Assembly (NCBI GenBank): GCA_951406725.2
Contig: OX597830.1
Span: 59,644,001-59,708,000, forward strand
Reading direction: 5' to 3'
DNA: 64,000 bases
DNA from: Octopus vulgaris
Taxonomy: Eukaryota
Positions within the stretch are counted from its first letter, which is position 1, and each line of letters begins with the position of its first letter. Made by a program: the position numbers and the translations under genes. Positions 1 through 11,919 of the stretch are shown here, piece by piece. The notes under the pieces were generated by a model that saw only the letters and a program-made list of their open reading frames with translations, was not told where the DNA came from and did not search any database.

Positions 1-64
1 CAAATATGCTTTGACACACAAACTTACATAAAGAATCTTGCAACCCAAATCCAAAAACAAAGTA

Positions 65-110
<46 letters not shown>

Positions 111-252
111 CACACACACATATATATGTATGTATATATATATATATAGATAGATATACATGTGTGTATATATATGTATATGCATATATATATATGTATG
201 TATATGTATGTGTATATATATATATATGCATATATATATATGTATGTATATG

Positions 253-306
<54 letters not shown>

Positions 307-1248
307 CGTGTATATGTATATCATCTTCCATGCTAGCATGGGTTCGAGTATATTAACTATAGAAAGTGAGATGTACATGTATATATGTACACATACTGAT
401 ACCATATATATTTATGCACCCATAGTATGCTTGTGTGTGGAGGTATATAAATATTTAAACGTATATAAATATACATATATAGTTAATGTATAGTTGGAGT
501 ATATATGTATATATATATGTATGTATATATATATGTGTTATCGTATATGTGTATATGTTTGTGTACATATATATAAATATATACACACATATATACATAC
601 ACACACACACATAAATCCATTTGTATAACTGTGTGTTTGTACATGTTTGCATATTTGTGTCAAAGAGCCAAGTAAAGTGACACGAGCAATATAATCCTTC
701 AGTACTTGAGACACAAAATCAATGCACACACACACACGTGTAGTAAGAATGAAGCAAGGAATAGACTACGCAACCAATCACCTTGCGTGATATTGATGAT
801 GGTGTGTGTGTGTGTGTGTGTGTGTGTGTGCATTTGTGAATGCATAGCATGGGCAATATGCCTATCGTATATTAAACCTGCCAATAGGATACCAGGTGAA
901 ATTACCATCTAATTAAATTTTAAAAAAACATATGTAGATGTGTATGTTTGTGCTTTGTGGCTTAGACGTGAGGCAAGCGATGACCATGACCTTAGTATGC
1001 CTCCCCAGACTGGTCAGATTAATACAGATAATCTTTAGTTTGAGCAACAGTACATGTGTGTGTGTGTATGTGTCCATGTATATATATGTGATGCATGTAT
1101 ACACATACATAAATACATACTTATTTAAGATGATTAAAATTTATTTTTGGCTCAGCACTAAGTATAGCAGCTTGCACTCAACTACATTCTCATTCTGAAA
1201 AAGTACAGGGATATTTTCCATCATCTCTGTCTATGTGTATATATATTT

Positions 1249-1518
1249 TTAATTATAATAAAGGGTTAATTGCAACAAGTTGCTCAAAACCACATACCGA
1301 AAATATTAGAAATAACAGCCAAATAGGTCACTATTTGTACTACTAGTAAAAAAGTCTCCACAAACAAACAGAATTTGTTACCCGGGTTACAAATTCTGTT
1401 TGTTTGTGGAGACTTTTTTACTAGTAGTACAAATAGTGACCTATTTGGCTGCTATTTCTAATATTTTCGGTATGTGGTTTTGAGCAACTTGTTGCAATTA
1501 ACCCTTTATTATAATTAA
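1249..1518. repeat. 270-bp near-perfect palindrome with no spacer, centred on CCCGGG (1381-1386)
   Basis: The 135-bp arms differ at only two pairs (1315/1452 and 1379/1388). Confidence 0.95.
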
Positions 1519-1794
1519 TATAATCCTTACCAAATATGGTCATTTCCATACCGAAAAAACTACTAGGAGAAATTTATTAATTTCATTAAATTAATTATAT
1601 TTCACCCTTTATGTGTATTGTATATATATATATATATGATTATTGAATGAAATAGGAACAGGAAATATGGAATGAACTCCATTAGCTTATGGTAGTTTGT
1701 GCAAAAAAGGAGTCACTGCACTCATAGCTAAGTGCTTATGCAACATCTCATAGCTTTCTCAGAGCCATTAAAGTGAAATCTCTCTCCATCTCTT

Positions 1795-2004
1795 TCATCA
1801 TCATTTAGCGTCCGCTTTCCATGCTAGCATGGGTTGGACGGTTCAACTGGGGTCTGGGAAGCCAGAAGGCTGCACCAGGCCCAGTCTGATCTGGCAATGT
1901 TTCTACGGCTGGATGCCCTTCCTAACGCCAATATATATATATTGGCCGTCCAACCCATGCTAGCATGGAAAACGGACGTTAAACGATGATGATGATGATG
2001 ATGA
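1795..2004. mobile_element. Two inverted fragments of a (GAT)n-tailed retroposon (family E), joined by the palindrome GCCAATATATATATATTGGC
   Basis: CATCATCATTTAGCGTCCGCTTTCCATGCTAGCATGGGTTGGACGG at the left; its near reverse complement at 1945-2004. Confidence 0.8.
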
Positions 2005-2469
2005 TTATATCACATTGCTTTACTACTACAGCCATTGCATTGTACCCCTGTTGATGTATCTAAACTCAGCTGATGTCAGTCAGGTGAAGCTAAAAACAAA
2101 AGCAATTAACATTCTACACACTCTATTTGCAATGTTTGGCATTAAAAAAAAATTCATTGGTATGGCTGTGTGGTAAGACACTTGCTTCCCAAACACATGG
2201 TTCATTGTTTAGTTCCTTTGTGTGGCACCAGGGGGACAATTACTATGAAGGCCTCAGACAGACCAAAGCCTTGTGTGTTTCTGGCCTTGTGATGTGACTA
2301 TGGTCAAAGCACTTTGTTTATTAAACTATTGATGGGAACTGCAGAAAGAAGAGGAGAAAGAGAGAGAGAGAGGCAGACACATAGTCTGACCATCTGTAAG
2401 TAGCTACAGTTCCTGATACTACAAATAGGTGTACCTTGAAGAATCACATTCCATATAGCTGCAATTAGG

Positions 2470-2669
2470 TACTGATGCTAGTGCCATGTAAAAAGCACTG
2501 GTGATGGTGCTACGCGAACAAGCATCTGTAAAGTAGCTGGCATTAGGAAGGGCATCCAACTGTAGAAGCCTTGTCAAAACAAATTATGGACTCTGGTGTG
2601 GCTCCTGGCCTGGCCAGTTCCTGTCAAGCCGTCCAACTCATGCCAGCATGGAAAATGGACATATGATGC

Positions 2670-2707
<38 letters not shown>
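2470..2707 (+). mobile_element. Family E retroposon 3' fragment with (GAT)n tail
   Basis: GGCATTAGGAAGGGCATCCA...CCGTCCAACTCATGCCAGCATGGAAAATGGAC-(GAT)n. Other copies at 10495-10690 (-) and 20017-20181 (+). Confidence 0.75.
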
Positions 2708-2709
<2 letters not shown>

Positions 2710-2865
2710 AAGACAAATATTACAAGTGAAACTAGGGATACAGTTCTGCATAGGTTCTATGGATTAAAGCAATGGGCAAATGTCCAAACCTACAGAATCC
2801 CTCGGAGCCATGTGATATGGTAAGGAATAAAAAACATCATTACTAGACTAAAATAAAATACTTAC

Positions 2866-3159
2866 CTGTTTTCGTTTTGTCTTACATCCATCGAACTTGT
2901 TCTTTATCTGATCAATGATGTCTTGGCATTTTTCTAGATTCTCTTGATCTTTGGCAAGCATCAAATAGTTCCGCCAATGCGCAGAATCAAACCCCCAATG
3001 GCATATACGGTTCTCCATTGGGGTGTGTGAGTGACAAACAAATTGTTGTGGGTTAAAAAGTGCGTGGCATTCAGTGCAATAGATGCACTCAGTGTCCGGT
3101 GTATGATAGCGATCTGGTTGGATGATTCCTTTGCATTTGCCAAAACATTCGTGATAGAC
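2866..3159 (-). CDS. SKI: Ski/SnoN second coding exon (98 codons): SAND-like Smad4-binding domain
   Basis: Hand translation: VYHECFGKCKGIIQPDRYHTPDTECIYCTECHALFNPQQFVCHSHTPMENRICHWGFDSAHWRNYLMLAKDQENLEKCQDIIDQIKNKFDGCKTKRKQ. It continues exon A (...SFK|VYHECFGKCKG) as in SKI, with the CxxC..HxH zinc ligands and CHWGFDS intact. Acceptor TAG at 3162-3160, donor CAG|GTAAGT at 2866/2865. Not in the ORF track. Confidence 0.96.
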
Positions 3160-3161
3160 CT

Positions 3162-3166
3162 ATTTT

Positions 3167-3197
<31 letters not shown>

Positions 3198-3607
3198 CAA
3201 TGTTTGTATGCATATATAAATATAGTGTATGTTTGGAAACAAGTTGAAGCAAATTCAATTAAGTTGAGCATCAGTTCAAGTTGGTGGTCAATTGGTTGGT
3301 TGGTTGGTTGGTTGGTTGTCCAAATGGTTTGAAGAAGAATCCAGTTTCAAGAGGGTGATAAGACATACCGAAATGATGAAAAAGAAAAGAAAAAAAAAAC
3401 AAAAACAATGTTATTAATATGGAATTAACAGAATGATTTGTATAGGTGATGGTGGATTAGAAGTGAAAGCAAAGGAAGGATATGAGGAGGTGGAGATGAA
3501 AAAGAAGAAAAGCGAGAGAAAAGTGAAACAAGAGAGAAATGCAGATGTGGGAAGAGAGAGAGAGAGAGAGAGCAATATCAGTGAAATGAAATGATAACAC
3601 ATTAAGA
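3162..3607 (-). promoter_or_regulatory. AG-exclusion zone with candidate distant branch point (CACTGAT, A at 3578) and ~110-nt polypyrimidine tract upstream of exon B
   Basis: No CT dinucleotide on + (no AG on -) between 3162 and 3607. The pyrimidine tract covers ~3570-3465 on -. An A28 run (3197-3170) lies 8 nt upstream of the acceptor AG. Confidence 0.6.
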
Positions 3608-4303
3608 CTTACGTAGACACCAAAACACCTAATTCTAGCTAAAACTGCAGCATAATGCAAATAAATACAAACATAAAAGGATAAATCAAAGTAAAGGCTC
3701 GGCACATTAAACACACATACAACAAACACTTTAACACAAACAGTGACTTATGTACAAACACACATAAACATGTATTCAATGTGAACAGATACAATAACAC
3801 AAATACACGCAAAAACAATTATCATATTTACCAGTAATGTAATGGGGGAACTAGTTATCTAGTTGTTGGTTAGAGTTATTATATTTATAACTGAGATGTT
3901 TGACACCGACACTAATACATCCTTTATCATTTACACCACTAATACGCTCTGGAGAGGTACCAACATCACTACATTGTACCTGAACCATATTTACACCTTC
4001 CAAATATATTACACGTAAATATCACCATGTCCCCTTTTAGCCACGCTTCCACCACCCACATTACTAATGACCTTTGGTCTGGGATAAATATCACTACGTA
4101 ATCTCGTTTGATTCACATCACTAACCTTTGGACATGTATGAACATCACCACCTCTAATTTTGACCATATGTACACCATTCACATCCTTTGGACAGGTACA
4201 AACATGAAGTCCCTATCATGAATCACTTCACTTTATCGATATCACTTAGAATCTCCATAAAAGCGAAAACATCACCACAACATGTCAATGCACAACCTAA
4301 ATA

Positions 4304-4429
4304 CAGGGTGTCCATAACGTCTGGGTACATGGGGATTAACACATACTTAAGAAATTATTATTTCTTATATTTAATTCTTTATGTTATGATTTTATTTACC
4401 CCATGTACCCAGACTTTGTGGACACCCTG
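4304..4429. mobile_element. Tc1/mariner-type MITE, 126 bp
   Basis: ~30-bp TIRs CAGGGTGTCCATAACGTCTGGGTACATGGGG / CCCCATGTACCCAGACTTTGTGGACACCCTG, flanked by TA on both sides. Confidence 0.88.
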
Positions 4430-5352
4430 TACATCTAAGACTTTGAATCTGTATAAAAAGATATAACAAAGAAGCCTGCATGTGGCCACTCAAACAGGTA
4501 AAATTACCTGAAGAATCTTATGTTCATCCTAATGACTTAAAAACAGACTAAGACTGGCTACCGTAGATAGCGAGAGAGTATAAATGCGTGTGTAAAGATT
4601 TTTTTTTTAATCATATCAAAAGCTAACAGTCTATTCAAAGTTTCACCTCAGGCTGGGTTGTTTACAATGTGGGATAGAATAAATTTTTGGCAGTTTATAC
4701 AAAGGTATGCTGACCTTGGAAGGATGTGTGTCAGTGGAGTGATGTTTTTGAAAACTGATTTTAAAATGTAGAGATTGTAATGGAAAGATATTGTTAAGGT
4801 GTTTTGGAAGTATGAATGGGTTGGGATAATCCCTACCTCTATTCATGTTCAGATTATCAATCAAACTAATTGAAATTATTAGAAAAATAGTTAAATAATT
4901 ACGGATCACTTTTGTACTGGTTCACATACAAGGACAAAGACACTATTCATGAATCAGTCCCACTGTGTAGCATCTTGGGCAAGTTTTTCCTATTATAGCC
5001 CTTGGCTGACCAATGTCTTGTAAGTGGATTTTTTAGACAAAAACTGAAAGAAGCCCATCACACACACATTCATTCATGTGTGTGTGTGTGTGTGTACACT
5101 ACTGTCTCTTTGCCTTGATTTCATATGGCAGATGAAAATGAATATTACTGTTATGCAAGCAATATCATTTATTTCTAATCTTTTATGAAAATATGTCTGG
5201 TCAGGAAGAATAATAAATTACTTGGAAACAGGTGAAGGTTGGCAACAGCAAAGGCACCTGGTAGTAGAAAATTGGCCTTCAGATTCCAGCTATGCCATGC
5301 ACACACAGAAATAGATACATATACTTGAAGTCTCACATCATAGATACACATT

Positions 5353-5387
<35 letters not shown>

Positions 5388-5712
5388 CGTTCCTTTATAT
5401 CTATATGCACACACACACACACACGCATACATACAGAATGCTATGTTTTGTTCAATTAATCCTATAATATTTCTATATTGATTTCTCACTGGAGTGGTAC
5501 ATAGAGTGACAAAAGGTACTTATGGAGTGGTGTGAGGGTATATGGAGTGTTGTGTGGTTATGTGAAGTGGTGCACAGTTGTGAGCAATGGTATGTCACAT
5601 GCAGAAGTATAGAGTGGTAGAGTACTTGTCAGTGTGTGGGATGGCGTAGTTGTGTTGGGTCGTGTGCAATAGAGTGGTACTGAGTTATTGGTCAGAGCAG
5701 AACACACTATTA

Positions 5713-5950
5713 TTACCTATTTCTTTACTACCCACAAGGGGCTAAACACAGAGAGGACAAACAAGGACAGACAGACGGATTAAGACGATTATATCGACCC
5801 CAGTGCGTAACTGGTACTTAATTTATCGACCCCGAAAGGATGAAAAGTAAAGTCAACCTCGGTGGAATTTGAACTCAGAATGTAGCGGCAGACGAAATAC
5901 AGCTACGCATTTCGCCCGGCGTGCTAATGTTTCTGCCAGTTTCCCGCCTT
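5713..5950 (-). mobile_element. SINE family B, near full length
   Basis: Body TTCTGAGTTCAAATTCCACCGAGGTTGACTTT...AAGTACCAGTT...CTGGGGTCGATATAATCG, shared with 15285-15440, 30195-30379, 44423-44572 (all -) and 50191-50785 (+). Confidence 0.8.
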
Positions 5951-6084
5951 TGAACACACTATTACCACCACCAACACCACACATACTCACACTGACTTCA
6001 ATGCCACTTCCAGTGACACCTGAAGTTGAAGGTACAAGGCCTTCTCATCATCATTCACACCTGCTCCCATATAAAAATTAAAGC

Positions 6085-6420
6085 TTTTTACCTTTTATTC
6101 GTTTCAGTCATTAGACTGTGGTCATACTGGGGCACCCCCTTGAGCAGTTTTAATTGAATTAATCAACCCCAGGACTAATTTTCTTCTTAAGCTTGGGACT
6201 TATTCTATAATCTCTTTCGCTAAACCACTAAATTACAGGGACATAAACACACATACACGATGAGCTTCTTTCAATGTATGTCTATCAGATCTACTCATAA
6301 GGCTTTGGTCAGCTGAAGTCTATAATAGAAAACACTTGCCCAAGGTGCCACACAGTAGGAGTGAACCCAGAACCATGTGGTTGGGAAGCAAGCTTCTTAC
6401 CATATAGCTATGCCTGTGCC
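6085..6420 (-). mobile_element. SINE family A, diverged
   Basis: ACACTTGCCCAAGGTGCCACACAGTAGGAGTGAACCCAGAACCATGTGGTTGGGAAGCAAGC. Confidence 0.8.
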
Positions 6421-6450
6421 TATATCCACACAACCACTCTTGGGCCTATA

Positions 6451-6755
6451 TCTTTATATATAAAATTGAAGTTGTGTGTGTGAGACTCTGTCTCCTCCGA
6501 TTCAGATTCCTAACTACTCCCACATTTTGCGATGCAGTTTAACCAAAAGCGGGTATCTTATAGTCGTCATTCATATCGAGCCCTTCTGGGTATTAGTGCG
6601 CATCTACGATGAGTCTACGATTTAAAAACAAATTTACCATCATTTTTCCACATTTTTAATGATTTTTGCTTGGGTTATATAAGGGAAGTAACTCTAAAAA
6701 TGCTTATATAGTTATTTCCCTTACAAACCCGAGCAACGCCGGGCGATACTGCTAG
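6451..6755 (+). mobile_element. Non-autonomous Helitron, 305 bp
   Basis: Begins A|TC (TCTTTATATATAAAA), has a subterminal hairpin CCCG-AGCAACGC-CGGG (6728-6743), ends CTAG|T, and has no TSD. Confidence 0.85.
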
Positions 6756-6821
<66 letters not shown>

Positions 6822-7430
6822 TATTAATGTTTCAGATGACCTCTACAGGAATGTGTGCATATGTGAAAACTATTATTAACGGTCCATATGTTAGGAGTAG
6901 GACCAGGGTTTCTATCCAGTAACATATGGTAGAGGGTAATGGGGTCCAGAGTCACTCTCTTTCATTCTCTCTCGCACTAAGCAAGTGTATCTTCACCCAT
7001 GTTCTACAGTAAGAGTTACTGTCAATCACTGGTAGAAGTTGAAGGTAATTAGACCATCTTATACAACCACCACCATTATTATTAATTATTATTATTCTTA
7101 TTCTTATAGTTGTCATCATCATCATCATTGTCCAAGAAGAGCATTACCTGTTTTAATCTCACCAATCTCAAAGGGCTGCAAAAAGACATGGACACAACCT
7201 CTTCCACTCCCTAACCAAACCAATAAATATCTTTTTAATTATCATCATCATTGTTTTCATCATCCTTATCAACATATTATATACTACAGCCTGCGGGGGT
7301 GGAGGGTCATTAATACACTACACCAGATGACCGAACAATTTCTTCTCCGCACTCAACTCAATGTTTCACCTTCATCCTTAATGTACAATGACAATGGTTG
7401 GCAGGCAGGCTTGATGCCATATGATATAAT

Positions 7431-7489
<59 letters not shown>

Positions 7490-7861
7490 CTGATCTGATG
7501 CACCAGCTCATCATCCCTCCAAGCCACAAAATAGCTCCCTACTAAAGCTGATTGACATCTAACAATGTCACATTTAGAGCTCTACTGTCAGCAGGCCATA
7601 TACAACTCTTGCCATCACAAGCAGTAGCTTCTCCACTCTCACAATTATCTAATACACTACTGCCTTGCAGGGTCTTCACAATAAAAACTAGCTGGGATTC
7701 TACTACACCAGCAAAGAAGAACCAAATCAATGCAGATATCTTGCTTCACCATTCCTTACTGTAGTTCAACAGACAAACCAAATATTCTAGGTATTTCACC
7801 TCTAAGATTGCCTGGTGTTTAAATTAAAACCTTCCAAATAATTTTTAAACATTTTTGTTGT

Positions 7862-7912
<51 letters not shown>

Positions 7913-9145
7913 ACAAATTAATTAATTTGATATTATTAAATCCCTTAACATGATTATTTTCAAAATTAATTGAATTACATTTGCACTATATTTCATTAGA
8001 TATATATCTATGAAAGAGTTAAACTCTGCAATCTGAGTTATACACTGCCAATCAACACTGACCTTTGACATTCTTCACTACAATTTTTTTGACATTCTTT
8101 ACAATGTCTCTCTCTCTATATGTGTGTGTGTGTGTGTGCGTGGTGTGTGTATTAGAATATATACAAAGATGTGGTTGTGGTTGTTTTGTTGTTAACACAG
8201 TGGTCTTCTTGTTGTTCTTACCATAGACACCTAATGTTTCTGCTGTTGCTGATACTTTTAGCATACTCTGTTGTATTTTTTACCCTATTTCAAATCTGAA
8301 CAAAAAAAGACTTATGGTCAGAAGCACTCCAGCTGTGGCCATCCTGCCATATTTTTTTCAGGCAGAACATATCAAGTTCTACATTTTCCAGTTGTTGTGA
8401 AGGTTTCTTTTAACCTTTAAATGGTTGGTTATGAATTTAAAAGAGGGCTGCTATATCTAGCATAGTGTCTCCCTTGTCCACTTTGGTTATTCTTCCTGTC
8501 ATGAAGGCTGTAAATCTATAAACGTCTTCCAAGCCCTAAGGGTTCTTTAGGAGTCAAATGCTTAATTCATGGCATTAAGCAGGTTTCTCAAAATGGTTTC
8601 CAAGGAACTCCAAGGCACCACAAAAATACTCTGGTGTTTCACAATATTAGGTGACTTTTTACTAAAAATTTTGAAGAATCTCATTAAAAAATTTGCTGTT
8701 TACTATTTTCAAAATGTTAAATTACATTTCTCTCTTTAAAACATTGTTTTTTTATTTTTCATTTCATATTGTATTAAAATTAAGGTGCCAGAAGTTGTCC
8801 ATAAAATGAAGATACAGGTTTTATGAGTTTTGGAAAATCATATAGTGGGGGGTTGTCTTCATCAAAATAAGTTTGGGAACAGCTGCCCCGGAGGCTACCC
8901 TTATTGTATGTCAGGTACCATTACCAGAAGATCTGGTAGTTACACTACTCAGTTGGGTGAAGTTAACAATACTGCCTAAATGCATAATAAAAGGTCAATG
9001 AAGGATTTGAACACAAAAAATTTTTGCTTGTGAGAGTGGATGGCTCAATATCATATATCATAGATTATTGAGTATTTTGTTTCTACCAGACACACAAAGA
9101 GGTGGGGGAGAAAAGGTCTGGTAGCACATGCACGCGCGCGCGCGC

Positions 9146-9196
<51 letters not shown>

Positions 9197-10494
9197 GAGA
9201 GAAAGTAAGGAGACTACATGGAGGTTGAGAAAGAAATTCTATAAAAGAGAAGGCAGATAAATTGGTGGCAACAGAAGTCCCCAGTGAATATAGAGCATTA
9301 AAATAAAACAGCAAACTGAAGTAGGTATTAAAGTTGATAGGGTCAATTAAAAACCCCTGAAAGTGGTGCCCTGTTGCAACCACAGTCCAATCAATGAGTG
9401 AAACCAATAAAAGAGTATAAGAGAAACAAAAGTTTGTTATATACACATTCACACCTGCAGTTCCATTTCAGGTATGCAGTTAGCTTGGTGGGTCCCATTA
9501 CTCAGCAAAAGATACAATTCATCAAACCTATTTCCACAGTTTCCATCTCAATTTCACTGGCATAGATTAGGACAACCCAAAATCATGGCAAAACAGAAGA
9601 CATTTTTCCAAGACTCTACAAAGTGGAATCAAATCTAAGCAAACCTCCAACCCATTTGGCTCAACACTTTTTTTTTTTTTTAATGTAAGATATTTTTGAG
9701 ACTTTGCATGAGGTTATTCCTCACACTGGAGACACTTGCAGCAGAACAGGCTCTACAAAAGGCACTCAAGAGCTACAGGATGGTTAAACCAGACAACAAA
9801 ACCAAGAATAGCTACATTCCAGCAAAAAATTTTATAAAAACCTCTACACAATTCCCAACTATCAAATTTCATAAGGTTTGATAAGTTGACCTCAAGCCAT
9901 TGTAGAAGACACTTTCCCAAGGTACCAAAACCCAAGACTATGAAGTGTGGTCTGAGGGAAATTTAACAGCTTTTTCTAGCAAATCAAGCAAATACCTAGA
10001 ATGGAAATTTCCAAACAGTGTGTTACAAGCATAAAGTGAAATCTGATGAATTTTCAGAAATATTTTGGCTATAATTTGAGATCTGATTATGCAAAATATA
10101 ATTAGATGTGACTTGATGATACATGGCACCTTATTTAATTGTGTGTTTGTTGATTTTGTGTCACTAATAAAACTTTTTCAGTGAAAATTTTGTTTTTAAA
10201 AGGGGACAAACCCTGGAAAGCTGTGACATAGTGGGTCCTTCTTTCGATTCAGTAGTATTTATGACATGAGAATTTTTTGGTAAATGTTAAGAATTAAATT
10301 AGATCACAGCTTGAAGTAATTGGGCTTCACAGATGGGGTGGCACAGATATGTCTATTGATCTCATCACCAAAACATAACGAGAGAATAGCAATCAAGTGA
10401 GAGAACCCCTCCCCCAATATTGGTGGCACACTCATGTTTTACAGTTGAGTGACTGGTTAACAGAATTATAAACGCACCTGTTCATTTAACATAA

Positions 10495-10690
10495 CATCAT
10501 CATCATCATCGTCATTATTTAACATCCGTTTTCTACACTGGCACAGGTTTGATGGTTTGACTGGAGCTGGTAAGGCCAAGGGCTGCACCAGGCTCCATTT
10601 GTCTGTTCTGGAATGGTTTCTATCGCTGGAGGCACTTACTAATGCCAAACACTCCACAGAGTGTCCTAGGTGCTTTTTATGTGGCACCAG
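10495..10690 (-). mobile_element. Family E retroposon fragment (diverged)
   Basis: (CAT)n followed by TTTAACATCCGTTTTCTACACTGGCACAGGTT...GGCTGCACCAGGCTCC, similar to 1795-1931. Confidence 0.7.
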
Positions 10691-10861
10691 CATTGGTATC
10701 AATTCTACTCTGGCAGACAGGCCTTCTTGAGTACAGCAAGGCACCAATGTTGTCTCCTTCGTGGCAGTGGTGGTGGTGGTGGTGGTAGTAGTAGTAGAAG
10801 TGCACTCTAAAATATTTTCTTCATAATATATATGTATACATACACACATATATTTGCTCCT

Positions 10862-11131
10862 TCTCAAGCCACGTCTAGCTCATAAGGGCCAGTTTCTCGG
10901 TTTCTTTGGCGTATAGGTTCCCCGCCTGGACGGGACGCTGGTCCATCGCAGGTGAGCTGCAAGATGCAGGAGGAAAGAGTGAGAGAAAGTTGTGGCGAAA
11001 GAGTCAGCAGAAGTTCGCCATTACCTTCTGCCGGAGTCGCGTGGAGCTTCGCTCATAAACACACACATCGCCCGGTCTAAGATTCGGGCCCACGAGTCCG
11101 CTGCTCTAACCACTAGGCCATGTGCCTCCAC
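10862..11131 (-). mobile_element. tRNA-derived SINE family C
   Basis: Minus-strand head GTGGAGGCACATGGCCTAGTGGTTAGAGCAGCGGACTCG (A box TGGCCTAGTGG). AAAGAGTGAGAGAAAG is shared with 47380-47615. Confidence 0.72.
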
Positions 11132-11379
11132 TATATATATATATATACCAGGCAATAAAAAAATGGAGAGGATATTTTACATCCTCTTCTTTTTCATATT
11201 TGCCTTATAAATCCCGGGTAAATTTCCAATTGACCCCCACCAATACCTTGTATTCAATTGCAATATTGACATGTAATAGTAATCACTTGCTTAAAAAATA
11301 CGTAGGTACAGATCCAGTAGTATATTGGGTATATACTATCCCTTAGATGGTTTCTTAACCCCTAACTCATACAAACATA

Positions 11380-11642
11380 TATATGTGTATATATATGTGT
11401 GTGTGTGAGTGTATACATACATATACACATACATATACACATATATATACATACATATATATGCATACATACACACACATATATACATATATATATATGC
11501 ATACATACACACACATATATACATATATATATATACATACATACACACACATATATACATATATATATATACATACATACACACACATATATACATATAT
11601 ATATATACATACATACACACACATATATACATACATACACAC

Positions 11643-11703
<61 letters not shown>

Positions 11704-11810
11704 CATGCATATGTATATATATATATATATATGTATATATATGTATATATACATGCATATATACATATATATGTATATGTATATATACATAAATACATAC
11801 ATACATACAT
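11380..11810. repeat. Compound TA/CA microsatellite with ~30-bp higher-order unit
   Basis: CATACATACACACACATATATACATATATAT is repeated about 6 times; this tract generates the six spurious overlapping ORFs. Confidence 0.9.
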
Positions 11811-11873
11811 AACGATATATTACTAGGCTTTTTGTTTCAACTTATTTTTCCCATCTATAAAACCAAACTCGCG

Positions 11874-11919
<46 letters not shown>

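Noticed and set aside
2961-3242. 93-aa ORF with poly-Lys
   Set aside because: It is the wrong frame of Ski exon B plus the intronic A-run.
8578-8886. Possible old hAT-type MITE
   Set aside because: The ends resemble TIRs (AGGTTTCTCAAA / TTTGGGAACAGCTG) but no TSD was found; too degraded to call.
11090-11131. tRNA-like sequences at SINE heads (also ~15845, 16549, 20693, 47615)
   Set aside because: No complete cloverleaf, and each continues into a repeated SINE body, so they are not tRNA genes.
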